64,000 nt of DNA. It comes from Syntrophothermus sp. GTDB lineage: Bacteria; Bacillota; UBA5301; JAMCQP01. Position 1 is the first letter of the stretch. The number at the start of each line of letters is the position of its first letter. Where the stretch lies: positions 830 through 64,829 of the forward strand of contig JBLNCV010000166.1 in assembly GCA_050260975.1 (NCBI GenBank), read 5' to 3'. The notes beneath the pieces are model-generated. The model was not told the origin of the DNA and made no database searches. It saw only the letters and a list, made by a program, of their open reading frames with translations. Of this stretch, positions 30,504-40,532 are shown piece after piece. The translations under genes and the position numbers were made by a program.

Positions 30504-30532
30504 ATTATAGAGCCCGATCTCAAAAAAGTCAA
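30504..30532 (-). promoter_or_regulatory. Sigma-A type promoter (TTGACT-17-TATAAT) for the nuo operon, giving a leader of about 365 nt
   Basis: -35 is the rc of 30527-30532 and -10 the rc of 30504-30509. Confidence 0.5.
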
Positions 30533-30619
30533 GCCGGACCGTCACATCTGAATTTTGCGCCAATACTTGCCATTTTTTGGGCCTACTTTGGGCGAAGATA
30601 GGCGAAGATAAACGAACGC

Positions 30620-30649
30620 ATAATTAAACCGCCTGGAATCCGGGCGGTT
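30620..30649 (-). terminator. Hairpin terminator downstream of the tRNA-Val/Glu/Lys cluster
   Basis: AACCGCCCGGAUUCCAGGCGGUU hairpin followed by UAAUUA on the minus strand; the trailing U-tract is weak. Confidence 0.4.
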
Positions 30650-30659
30650 CTTCTGCAAA

Positions 30660-30736
30660 TGGTGGTCGCACTTGGACTCGAACCAAGGACCTCTACGATG
30701 TGAGCGTAGCGCTCTAACCGGCTGAGCTATGCGACC
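30660..30736 (-). tRNA. tRNA-Val (anticodon CAC)
   Basis: 77-nt cloverleaf: GGTCGCA acceptor, anticodon arm CTACG-CTCACAT-CGTAG, T-arm CTTGG-TTCGAGT-CCAAG, discriminator A, encoded CCA. Confidence 0.75.
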
Positions 30737-30761
30737 ATAAATTTATAAATTGCTATTAACC

Positions 30762-30837
30762 TGGCACCCCCAAGGGGATTCGAACCCCTGTTGCCGCCGT
30801 GAAAGGGCGATGTCCTAGGCCTCTAGACGATGGGGGC
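30762..30837 (-). tRNA. tRNA-Glu (anticodon UUC)
   Basis: GCCCCCATCGTCTAGAGGCCTAGGACATCGCCCTTTCACGGCGG... anticodon loop CUUUCAC, discriminator G, encoded CCA. Confidence 0.8.
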
Positions 30838-30842
30838 GTAAC

Positions 30843-30918
30843 TGGTGAGCCATGGAGGACTCGAACCTCCGACACCCTGATTAAAAGTCAGGTGCTCTAC
30901 CGCCTGAGCTAATGGCCC
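30843..30918 (-). tRNA. tRNA-Lys (anticodon UUU)
   Basis: GGGCCATTAGCTCAGGCGGTAGAGCACCTGACTTTTAATCAGG... anticodon loop CUUUUAA, T-loop TTCGAGT, discriminator A, encoded CCA. Confidence 0.8.
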
Positions 30919-30959
30919 AACTTGTTGGCCCTCATCATAACCTGAGGGGCACAGAAGAT

Positions 30960-32325
<1,366 letters not shown>

Positions 32326-32483
32326 TTAACAGAAAAGCCCAATCTCGTCAAGAATCTGAATCTAATTTGCGCGTAAAAAAATATACTTTATGCGACAAAA
32401 GTTAAGAGGATTTTCGCCATACTGCGCGAATACATGTAGGTGCCAAATGTTTCTCTCCTGGCGAAGCGGAGGAGGCTGGTTGT

Positions 32484-32766
32484 GAAACGGGATGGCTGGG
32501 ATTACGCCCGCTATGCAAACTTCGCCTTTTCGTTCGGGTTTACGTTGGTAATCAGCCTTTTGCTCGGTTATTTCGGGGGCAGTTTTCTTGACCGGAAACT
32601 GCATACTTCTCCCTTTTTAATGTTGGCCGGGATCCTGGTTGCCATCGTTTTGAGTTTCAAGAGCCTTCTGGCTGAAGTTGCCGTTTTGGACAAGGCTGAG
32701 GCCGACGCCAGGAAAGCTCGAAAAAAGTGTTCTTCCCGTAACAGCCACGATGACAATGAAAAATGA
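32484..32766 (+). CDS. ATP synthase-associated small membrane protein (AtpZ/AtpI-like)
   Basis: Two-TM protein (FAFSFGFTLVISLLLGYFGGSFLDRKL...) immediately upstream of atpI. GTG start with GGAGGAGG 7 nt upstream; the ORF track begins 44 nt earlier. Confidence 0.5.
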
Positions 32767-33142
32767 TCAATCCAAGAACGCTCCATTGCCGAAACTTGCC
32801 AGGCTGGCCAGCATTGGCCTTTTTCTTGTTCTAGCGACAATCTGGTTCAATGTGCGCCTGGCAATGGGCATCCTGGCCGGAACACCAGTAGGGATCTTTA
32901 ATTATTGGCTTATAACAGGTGCTGCCGAAGATAAATTATTGGGCTCCGCCAGAAGAAGCCAGGCTGTTTTTTTGCGACGCGCGCTCTACCGCTGGGTGAT
33001 CGACTTTGGCGCCCTGCTAGCCGCCAGCACCATCGGGGAGAGTTTTCTGATCGGCGTGGTAATCGGCCTGGCGTTACAGGTTTTTGCCCATATGATCGAT
33101 GCCCTGTCGTTGTCTTTCGCTCATAACCCACAGAAGAGGTGA
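32750..33142 (+). CDS. atpI: ATP synthase protein I
   Basis: 130 aa, 4-TM protein directly upstream of atpB. Start at the ATG overlapping the end of the previous gene. Confidence 0.55.
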   Translation: MTMKNDQSKNAPLPKLARLASIGLFLVLATIWFNVRLAMGILAGTPVGIFNYWLITGAAEDKLLGSARRSQAVFLRRALYRWVIDFGALLAASTIGESFLIGVVIGLALQVFAHMIDALSLSFAHNPQKR

Positions 33143-33147
33143 TTTTT

Positions 33148-33843
33148 GTGGAAGAAAAGATGCACGAGATTGGCAAGGTTACCGAACATATAGCTGGGAC
33201 AACGGTCTTTCATATCGGGTCGATCCCGGTGTCTTCCACAGTGGTTCATACCTGGTATATAATGGCCTTTTTGATCATTGCGGCCTTTATACTCACCCGA
33301 AGGTTGCGTTCCGGTGCGCCCCGTGGCGCGCAGAACCTCCTGGAGATGTATGTCGAGTTCATATATGGTTTGCTTGAACCGGCCCTTGGAAAAGAAGGCC
33401 GCCGTTTCTTGCCGCTGGTGGGAACCCTGTTTATTTTCATTCTCGCTTTGAACTGGTCCGGAGTGTTCATTCCCAATTTCGTGCCGCCCACCACCGACTT
33501 GAGCACCACAGCGGCTTTTGCCGTAGCCACCATCATCACGGTGCACGCGCTGGCTATCCGCGAAAAAGGGCTGAAGCACTATGTGGCGCATTACTTTCAG
33601 CCGTTCTGGTTCCTCTTTCCGCTCAACATCATCGAAGAACTGGTCAGGCCCTTCTCCCTGGCTGTCCGTCTTTTTGGCAACATATTTGGCGGAAAGATGG
33701 TCTTTTCCATCATCTTTATTCTGGTGCCTTTCCTGGCGCCTACGCCGATCATGTTGCTTGAAGTTCTGATGGGCGCCATTCAAGCTTTTGTCTTCTCCTT
33801 GCTTACCGTCACCTATCTCAGTGGACTGACCAAAGGACACTAG
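33148..33843 (+). CDS. atpB: F-type ATP synthase Fo subunit a
   Basis: 5-TM subunit with the conserved Arg-containing helix (LAVRLFGNIFGG). The start is among GTG 33139, GTG 33148 and ATG 33160. Confidence 0.85.
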   Translation: MEEKMHEIGKVTEHIAGTTVFHIGSIPVSSTVVHTWYIMAFLIIAAFILTRRLRSGAPRGAQNLLEMYVEFIYGLLEPALGKEGRRFLPLVGTLFIFILALNWSGVFIPNFVPPTTDLSTTAAFAVATIITVHALAIREKGLKHYVAHYFQPFWFLFPLNIIEELVRPFSLAVRLFGNIFGGKMVFSIIFILVPFLAPTPIMLLEVLMGAIQAFVFSLLTVTYLSGLTKGH

Positions 33844-33909
33844 CGAGTGGTGCAAATAACCACCCGCTAGTTGGCCAGTTTGACGCCTTTGATGAAGGGG
33901 GTGAAACGA

Positions 33910-34137
33910 ATGCAATACATTGGCCTGATCGCCGTCGGTATTGCCATGGGTCTGGCGGCGTTGGGTTCTGCTCTTGGGCAGGGCCGGGCTGCAGAAAGCG
34001 CTGCGGCGGCAATCTCTCGCCAGCCTGAAGTTTCCGGCGATATCCGTACAACGTTGATCATCGCCCTGGCATTTATGGAGGCACTTACTCTGTTCACTTT
34101 CGTGCTGGCAATCCTGATGCTGGGAAAGATCTCCTAA
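33910..34137 (+). CDS. atpE: F-type ATP synthase Fo subunit c
   Basis: 75-aa hairpin proteolipid with GxGxGxG ([10 protein letters not shown]) and a conserved Glu (FMEALTLF). GGGGGTGA RBS. Confidence 0.85.
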   Translation: MQYIGLIAVGIAMGLAALGSALGQGRAAESAAAAISRQPEVSGDIRTTLIIALAFMEALTLFTFVLAILMLGKIS

Positions 34138-34248
34138 AGATCTTCATAGATCTTTGGAGCCTATTCCGAGCAGGTAACTTCGGCGAATAAGAGGAAGCCG
34201 GCAGGTTCCTCTTATTCGCTATCCAGCTTTTGTAAGGGAGGCCGTCCC

Positions 34249-34737
34249 GTGCAGATCCAACTCTGGACGCTATTATGGCAGATCCTTAACCTGGCGGTCG
34301 TGATCGCTCTTTTAACGGCAATCGCCTACAAGCCGGTCTCCAAAATTCTTCGCGACCGGGAAGAACACGTGGAAAAGACCCTCGCCCAGGCAGCTTCGTC
34401 CCAAAAGGAGGCGGAAGCCCTGCTGGCCCGATATCAGCAACAGATTCAACATGCCAAGCAGGAGGCACAGGAAATCGTCGACCGCGCCACCAAAGTGGGT
34501 GAGCAGATGCGGCAGGAGATTATACAAAACGCCGAAAACGAAGCGTCACGGACCATGGCTAAAGCCAAAGCCGAAATAAGTGCTGAAAAAGATAAGGCTC
34601 TATCCCAAATTCGTGATGAAGTGGCCAACCTGGCTGTATTGGCCGCTGGAAAGATTATTGGGCGTTCCATTACCGCAGCGGATCATGAAAAAATGGTCAA
34701 GGATTTTGTCGCCGAACTGGATAAAGTTCAGCATTAG
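34249..34737 (+). CDS. atpF: F-type ATP synthase Fo subunit b
   Basis: One N-terminal TM helix followed by a long charged coiled coil. GTG start with AGGGAGG upstream. Confidence 0.8.
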   Translation: MQIQLWTLLWQILNLAVVIALLTAIAYKPVSKILRDREEHVEKTLAQAASSQKEAEALLARYQQQIQHAKQEAQEIVDRATKVGEQMRQEIIQNAENEASRTMAKAKAEISAEKDKALSQIRDEVANLAVLAAGKIIGRSITAADHEKMVKDFVAELDKVQH

Positions 34738-35073
34738 TACCATTTTTTTCCTCCTTAACCATAATTTTGAGCAAAAAATTTTTGTTCGGGCAGGTTTAAT
34801 AGAAAAAGATCGGGGCATTATAACTACCGAGGTCGACAAAGTTCAAATGGGATTCAGGCTCGACCCTGCAATGGGGTCAGCAACGCGGCCAACTTCCTCT
34901 TGGAAGAGCCTTCGTTCGCAGGTTCACGGCTGAACTTGCCTGCTTCTCAAACCTCTTGTCGGCCTCCTTTTTCGTGTTCCCCCCTTGAAGATCAAAAGTA
35001 TAAAGAAGTAGGGGGCCCCCTTCAAATGAAGAGCCCCCGTGCAAATCTCAGAGATCACTACAAGTATAAGACC

Positions 35074-35367
35074 TTAACTGGTGGATTGTACGGCGCCCTG
35101 GCCGATACGACTGCCGGCCACGGTAACCAAAACTGTCTCCGTCAGAACATCTGAATAGGTATAAGACAGCCTGTTTATCGTGCTCTGTTTGCCATTGACC
35201 CGCACCACAAAGATGTTTGGATACGTTTGCTCCAAAATCCCTTCCGCTTCGATGACCCGCTTGCGTCCCCTATTGGCTTTTACCGTAATAGGTTGTCCGA
35301 CAAAGCTACGAAGGTCCGCCCGGATCTGGCCCAAAACATTCCCCTTGCCAACTGCAACCTTTGCCAA
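35074..35367 (-). CDS. veg: Veg protein (DUF1021, biofilm-stimulating)
   Basis: MAKVAVGKGNVLGQIRADLRSFVGQPITVKANRGRKRVIEAEGILEQTYPNIFVVRVNGKQSTINRLSYTYSDVLTETV matches B. subtilis Veg along its length. Confidence 0.75.
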   Translation of the reverse strand: MAKVAVGKGNVLGQIRADLRSFVGQPITVKANRGRKRVIEAEGILEQTYPNIFVVRVNGKQSTINRLSYTYSDVLTETVLVTVAGSRIGQGAVQSTS

Positions 35368-35412
35368 ACCGATCGCCTTCCTTTACTGCCTTACTTGCCC
35401 GATTACAACGGT

Positions 35413-35481
35413 ATTATATCACAATTGGCGCTATTTGTCAACATAACTTATTATTATATCTGGCAAAAGCCGGTTTGTCAA
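35413..35481 (-). promoter_or_regulatory. Two tandem consensus sigma-A promoters (each TTGACA-17-TATAAT) upstream of veg
   Basis: Proximal: -35 is the rc of 35436-35441 and -10 the rc of 35413-35418. Distal: -35 is the rc of 35476-35481 and -10 the rc of 35453-35458. Confidence 0.55.
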
Positions 35482-35493
35482 TAGGGATATAGA

Positions 35494-35967
35494 TTATTTA
35501 GTGTATTTATCGGCCACTTTGGAGGCTCCGTAAGAATAGGGCTTGATCCTGGCGTCAAAGCCGCTGCCCACAACCATCCCGATCAGTTCCCGGATCATCT
35601 CCCTGGTAGGGCCATTGGGCCCGACATCCAGATGGATTTCGATATCGAAATCGGAATGCCCGTTTTCAGCCAGTTTTTCCGCCAACTGACTGGCAACCCC
35701 AAGGCTCCGAGAGGTTTCATAGAAGATCCGCTGCCTGAGGCTGCGGTTAATCCGCTCATGCTGGCGCGAATAGTAGTACCGGGCTCCCTTACCTTCGCGA
35801 TGCACGATGATTGCAGTCACAAAGGCAGTCTCCTCCCGAAGTTGGGAGTCGGTGCCGATGATCAGCTTATAACTGGCATCCGGCGCTTCATGAACATAAT
35901 TCATGATGTCATCGAAAACCTCATCAAAACTCAAACGACCCTTGGAAGGACTAGTGAAGGCCATCAC
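35494..35967 (-). CDS. Hypothetical protein, possibly RNase H-like fold (DUF458/YkuK-like)
   Basis: LIIGTDSQ...FVTAIIVHREGKGARYYY resembles the beta1 DG/DS motif of RNase H-like folds. It occupies the position of rnmV/yabG in Bacillus-type synteny. The assignment is weak. Confidence 0.3.
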   Translation of the reverse strand: MMAFTSPSKGRLSFDEVFDDIMNYVHEAPDASYKLIIGTDSQLREETAFVTAIIVHREGKGARYYYSRQHERINRSLRQRIFYETSRSLGVASQLAEKLAENGHSDFDIEIHLDVGPNGPTREMIRELIGMVVGSGFDARIKPYSYGASKVADKYTK

Positions 35968-36065
35968 AAAAATCCACCCTGCTTTCTAGCTATAAGCACC
36001 CCACCTTGGCCTGTTTTGGACCAACTTATCTATATTATATCACATCTGTCAAGATGACCGCCACG

Positions 36066-36956
36066 TTAGCCCCTCATCGCTAAAATGGCGTCAGCCAGGG
36101 CGGCGAATTCTTCCAGGGATAAGGTTTCACCGCGCCGCATGGGATCTATCGACGCCAGGACAAAAGCTCCCTCCAAGCTGCTGGGATCCAGCCCTGCCAA
36201 GCTCTTTACAGCGTTACGCAAGGTCTTTCTCCTCTGGCCAAAAGCGGCGCGAACCAATGCGAAGAAAAAACGCGAATCAGCAGGCACAACCCTGGGAACC
36301 GGTCTCCGCCGCAGTCTGACCACCGTGGAATCCACCTCGGGTTGCGGCATAAAAACCGTACGTGGCGCCCGGGCCACTGCTTTAGTTTCGGTGTAATATT
36401 GCACCAGCACCGACAGCATTCCGTAGTCCTTACCGCCGGGAGGCGCCACCATCCTTGCAGCGACCTCCGCCTGGACCATCACAACCATCAGTTGCCAATC
36501 CAGTGAGGCCTCAAGGATTCGGGCGATTACCGGCGTGGTAACATAATAGGGCAGGTTGGCGACAATCTTCAAGCTTCCTTCCGGGCCCATTTTGAGCCGG
36601 CTTTCCCGGTACAGTTCGCCGAGGTCTACCCCAAGAAAGTCCCCGTGTATCACTCGAATATTTTGATACCCGGCCAGGGTTTCAGCCAGGATCGCCAGGA
36701 GCCGCTCGTCCAATTCCACGGCAAACACATACCCCGCCGCATCCGCGAGGGCCTGAGTAAGAGTCCCGATCCCGGGCCCAATCTCCCAGGCTACATCCTG
36801 GCCGGTGAGTTCCGCGGCGGACACAATCTTCGCGCGGATATTTTCGTCCACCAAAAAGTTCTGACCTAAACTTTTTTTGAAACGAAATCCATGTTTTTTG
36901 AGGACCGCCCCCACACCGGTGGGGGTCGCCAGACGGTACATACCTTTCATCGGCAC
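36066..36956 (-). CDS. rsmA: 16S rRNA (adenine1518/1519-N6)-dimethyltransferase
   Basis: KsgA motifs: LGQNFL, a VLEIGPGIG-like SAM site (AWEIGPGIGTLT), and NLPYYV. Confidence 0.85.
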   Translation of the reverse strand: MPMKGMYRLATPTGVGAVLKKHGFRFKKSLGQNFLVDENIRAKIVSAAELTGQDVAWEIGPGIGTLTQALADAAGYVFAVELDERLLAILAETLAGYQNIRVIHGDFLGVDLGELYRESRLKMGPEGSLKIVANLPYYVTTPVIARILEASLDWQLMVVMVQAEVAARMVAPPGGKDYGMLSVLVQYYTETKAVARAPRTVFMPQPEVDSTVVRLRRRPVPRVVPADSRFFFALVRAAFGQRRKTLRNAVKSLAGLDPSSLEGAFVLASIDPMRRGETLSLEEFAALADAILAMRG

Positions 36957-37023
36957 TCTGCAACCTCTCCGAATCCATCCGAACTAAAAAAGCGCCCGAA
37001 AAGGGCGCTGTATGCGGTATGCG

Positions 37024-38112
37024 TCATTCTCCATCCGCAAGGATGTAAACCTTTACCCACCGCCTGCCGAATTGAATCGCTTCCTGGCGTGTTTCAAAGC
37101 ACAGGTCGATACGATTCCCCTTGATCGCGGAGCCGGTATCCTCCGCCCGCGCCTCCCCGTAGCCAGGAATATACAAACGGCTGCGCAAGGGGATTACGCG
37201 TGGATCCACCGCCACCACACCGTAACGAGCTCTGGTCCCCAAAGCGGTAATCCCCGTAAAGGGGTAGTTGCTCTTCGGACCCGGATCGTAAGCCGTAGCC
37301 TCCATTACCCGTACTTCTTTGTATCGGTAGGCTCCACGGGAGGTAAGCAGGGTGCGAATCACCGTCTTGGTGCCGTAAACCACTACTTTGGGCACGGGCC
37401 GCTTGAGAACCTCCGTCTTAAGCAGTTCCTTTTTTACCAGCCGCCCATCCTCGTAGCGCAACCGGAAAGTCCGGGCCTGCAACCCTTTGCCGCCGGCCTG
37501 GATGATCTTTTCCACACCGCGCTCCATCTGGTCGTCCGCGCGGCGAATCGTATCAAAGAGAATGGTGTCGTTTTTGGTCACCGTCTGGATCTTCACCCGC
37601 GTCACTCGAAGGGAGGCACCGGCTTGGACAGGGGAAGCAAGGGCGGGAGCAACCATGTCCAGCACTCCTAGCTTAATTCCAGTTTCCTGCAAGACTTCCC
37701 GTACGGTCTGGCCCGTGGTAAGGCGGGAAATTTTTGCTCCATCGACCAGGATGGTCACCGGTACCGCCCGAAAGACCGAGATATGCATTCCTTCTTTAAG
37801 CGGTTCTTGCAGCCCGGGAACCACCCGATCCGCCGATCCAACAGCAATCCTTGCCTGAGAAAGGACCCCGGACACTCTGCTCCGAAAAGTCACAACCTTG
37901 ATCTTTTTGCTGTCAACAGCGATAGTAACTTCTTTCCTGAGCCACGTGTACCCGACAAGGGCTACCGCCACCAGTAAGCCGGCGGCCAGTAGTACCTGCA
38001 CTCTCCGCTCTCTCAAAGGCCGTCCGTAGCGTAGCAGCCACGCAGCGATCCCGCGAAACCACTCCATTACCTGTCCTTTCGAGAGCAAGGGGTTGTGGGA
38101 CATGCCATCCAC
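37024..38112 (-). CDS. YabE-like cell-wall protein (DUF348/G5-like regions plus C-terminal 3D domain)
   Basis: N-terminal TM; C-terminal 3D-domain motif ATAYDPG...VVAVDPRVIPLRSRLYIPGYGEARAEDTGSAIKGNRIDLCF. Confidence 0.65.
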   Translation of the reverse strand: MDGMSHNPLLSKGQVMEWFRGIAAWLLRYGRPLRERRVQVLLAAGLLVAVALVGYTWLRKEVTIAVDSKKIKVVTFRSRVSGVLSQARIAVGSADRVVPGLQEPLKEGMHISVFRAVPVTILVDGAKISRLTTGQTVREVLQETGIKLGVLDMVAPALASPVQAGASLRVTRVKIQTVTKNDTILFDTIRRADDQMERGVEKIIQAGGKGLQARTFRLRYEDGRLVKKELLKTEVLKRPVPKVVVYGTKTVIRTLLTSRGAYRYKEVRVMEATAYDPGPKSNYPFTGITALGTRARYGVVAVDPRVIPLRSRLYIPGYGEARAEDTGSAIKGNRIDLCFETRQEAIQFGRRWVKVYILADGE

Positions 38113-38296
38113 TCCTTGCCTGTAAATTAGGTTACAATTCTATAGTATTATACCGCAACATCCACCACTTTGATACATTTCCAGCGGTCATGCCCCGTTT
38201 ACGCAAAATGGCAAATCTGGATAGGTTTCAAGCCTTAGCTTAATTCTGCCCATGCCAGGATTAATCCTGCAGGCAAAAGTTCCAATTTATGGCGCG

Positions 38297-38887
38297 TCAT
38301 AAATTCAGGTCATAATGCCGCACCCGGAATTCCACACCGAGATCGCGCGCGATCTGGCGGCTGGCCTCAATATCCACCTCCGGCACATCTACAACAGTTA
38401 ACACCACCCTGGGGATGTATTTGGCGCACTCCCGGGCAAAATCCAGCACCGCCTGATAGGCCGCCGGGCCGTACCGGGAGTGGGAAAGGCTCTGATACTT
38501 TTCCGCGCTTTCCGCATTGAGGCTGATGGAAACAACATCCACCAGCCCCGCCAATTCCGGGACCACATTGCGCCCGTGAATCAGATTGGCCTGCCCGTTG
38601 GTGTTGATCCGGATCGGGATCCGGTACCTGGCTTTCAACGCCCGCGCAACCTGGATGACTTCATCCACGCGTATCAGAGGCTCGCCGTATCCGCAAAAAA
38701 CCACCTCTTTAAACCGGGTTGGATCCCCGATGGCCGCCAGCATCTCCTCCACGGAAGGCTCTTCTTTCAGCCACAGGTTGTATCCACCCACCCCCGGGCT
38801 GGTATGGCGAATACAAAAGGTACAGTTGTTGGTGCAACGATTGGTGACATTTACATAAAGGGAATCTCCCATTGAATAAGCAATCAT
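38297..38887 (-). CDS. Radical SAM protein (small TatD-associated type, TIGR04038-like)
   Basis: CTNNCTFC (CxxxCxxC) near the N-terminus, about 196 aa. It lies in the metS-tatD-yabE neighbourhood typical of this family. Confidence 0.6.
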   Translation of the reverse strand: MIAYSMGDSLYVNVTNRCTNNCTFCIRHTSPGVGGYNLWLKEEPSVEEMLAAIGDPTRFKEVVFCGYGEPLIRVDEVIQVARALKARYRIPIRINTNGQANLIHGRNVVPELAGLVDVVSISLNAESAEKYQSLSHSRYGPAAYQAVLDFARECAKYIPRVVLTVVDVPEVDIEASRQIARDLGVEFRVRHYDLNL

Positions 38888-38905
38888 CCTGGATTAGAAT
38901 CTCCT

Positions 38906-39094
38906 TCAAACCGGGGCGCCCAGCGCACGGAGCCTGGCCTCGACCTCCTCCCGGCTATATTCATCAATGCGATCGATAAGCGCGATAATCGATTCCAACT
39001 GTTTCTCGGTGATCCGCCCCTGCTCGCACATCTTCTCATAGGCGCCGATCAACCGGAGTTTGAGCCGCTCCGTCTCCTCAAACAGCTCGGTCAT
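38906..39094 (-). CDS. Hypothetical small helical protein (62 aa)
   Basis: GGAGGGAGGGG RBS 1 nt before the ATG; lies 22 nt downstream of the dnaB stop. Confidence 0.4.
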   Translation of the reverse strand: MTELFEETERLKLRLIGAYEKMCEQGRITEKQLESIIALIDRIDEYSREEVEARLRALGAPV

Positions 39095-39116
39095 GCCCCT
39101 CCCTCCTATCCCGACC

Positions 39117-40532
39117 TCAAGACTCCTCCCGCAAAGTCACATCCACAAACTTGGTAAATTCCGGGACAAATTGCAAGATTGCCTTTCCGGTCTGTCCCTT
39201 GCGCTGCTTGGCGATGATCACCTCAGCCTGGCCTTCGGTGCCTCGCTGTTTGGCCTGATCCGGGTAATAGTACTCGTCCCGGTAGACAAACATCACCACA
39301 TCGGCAAACTCCTCGATGTTGCCGCTATCCCGCAGGTCGGACATCATCGGCCGTTTGTTTTCCCTGGCTTCGACCCCACGGTTGAGCTGCGAAAGCAAGA
39401 TCACTGGCAAATCCAGTTCACCGGCCAGATCCCGGAGTTCCCGCACCGCCTCGCCCACGATCAACGCCCAACTCCTGTTTGTTTCCATGCTGGGCGGCCG
39501 GATGAGTTGGAGGTAGTCGATGATGATCAATCCCAGATCGGGAATTTCGGCTTTAACCCGCCTGGCCTTGGCGCGGATCTCCGCGGCGGTCAATCCGCGC
39601 TTATCCACAATCTTGATGGGCAGCTTGTAGAGATCACTGAAGATACTATTGGCTCTGGCCAACTTGCGGTCATCAAGCTTGGTGGCATAATCCCAGGAGG
39701 TAATTTCAAACTCGCCGCGTTCGTTGCGCAACTTGAAGAACTCGCCGATCACCAGGCGGTCCCCCACCGATTCGTCGTCCATCTCCAGGCTGAAGATCAG
39801 CACGGGAATTTGCCGTTTGGCCACATTTACCGCGAAGTTGAGGGCCAGGGCGGTCTTCCCCATGCTGGGGCGACCGGCCAGGATGATCAGGTCCTTTCTC
39901 TTGAACCCGGTGGTCAGCACATCGATGGCAGGGTAACGCACCGAAAGCCCGTAGGAACCTTTTCCTTCCCTTCTCTCCACAAGATTCGTATAGCAACGGC
40001 TTAAAATGTCCGCCAAATCTTTGACATCTCCACTGCCCACGTCCCCCAGGCTGGTGGCGCGAAAGATCAGTTCCTGAGCCCTGGCCTGGTATGCCTCCAC
40101 CGAATCCTCGGACTCCTGCTGGATCATCTGTTCAATCTGCTCCACCGCTTCAAGGATCCGCCGTTTGGCGTATTTTTCGTGAAGCAACGCCAGACTTGGT
40201 TCCAGTTCGCTTTTGCTCACAAAGCATTCGGTAAGTTCGATCAACGCCTGATCTGGAGCGGGAATTCTCTTCTCCTTGCGAAGCCGGTTATAAACCTGGG
40301 TATAGGAGATATGGCCGTCCTCCCGGTACAGATCTAGGATCGCCCGGTAGATTTCCCGGTTCACGGGGCTGTAAAAATGCCCCTCCTTGAGCTTGTCCAC
40401 CACCAAATCAACTTTGGTGGGATATTTGATCAAAATCCCCAGCACCCGCCGTTCGGCGTCTATGTCATGCGGAACGCCGCTGGACGCCAAACCGGCGCTG
40501 GCGGGTTCCGCGGGCCTATTCATCGCACTCAT
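39117..40532 (-). CDS. dnaB: Replicative DNA helicase
   Basis: DnaB N-terminal domain plus a RecA-like domain with Walker A GRPSMGKTALALN and Walker B IIIDYLQL. Confidence 0.9.
   Translation of the reverse strand: MSAMNRPAEPASAGLASSGVPHDIDAERRVLGILIKYPTKVDLVVDKLKEGHFYSPVNREIYRAILDLYREDGHISYTQVYNRLRKEKRIPAPDQALIELTECFVSKSELEPSLALLHEKYAKRRILEAVEQIEQMIQQESEDSVEAYQARAQELIFRATSLGDVGSGDVKDLADILSRCYTNLVERREGKGSYGLSVRYPAIDVLTTGFKRKDLIILAGRPSMGKTALALNFAVNVAKRQIPVLIFSLEMDDESVGDRLVIGEFFKLRNERGEFEITSWDYATKLDDRKLARANSIFSDLYKLPIKIVDKRGLTAAEIRAKARRVKAEIPDLGLIIIDYLQLIRPPSMETNRSWALIVGEAVRELRDLAGELDLPVILLSQLNRGVEARENKRPMMSDLRDSGNIEEFADVVMFVYRDEYYYPDQAKQRGTEGQAEVIIAKQRKGQTGKAILQFVPEFTKFVDVTLREES

Noticed and set aside
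30591-30610. Tandem GGCGAAGATA x2
   Set aside because: Only two copies in an intergenic region; no further structure.
39060-40004. 314-aa plus-strand ORF
   Set aside because: Antisense to dnaB.
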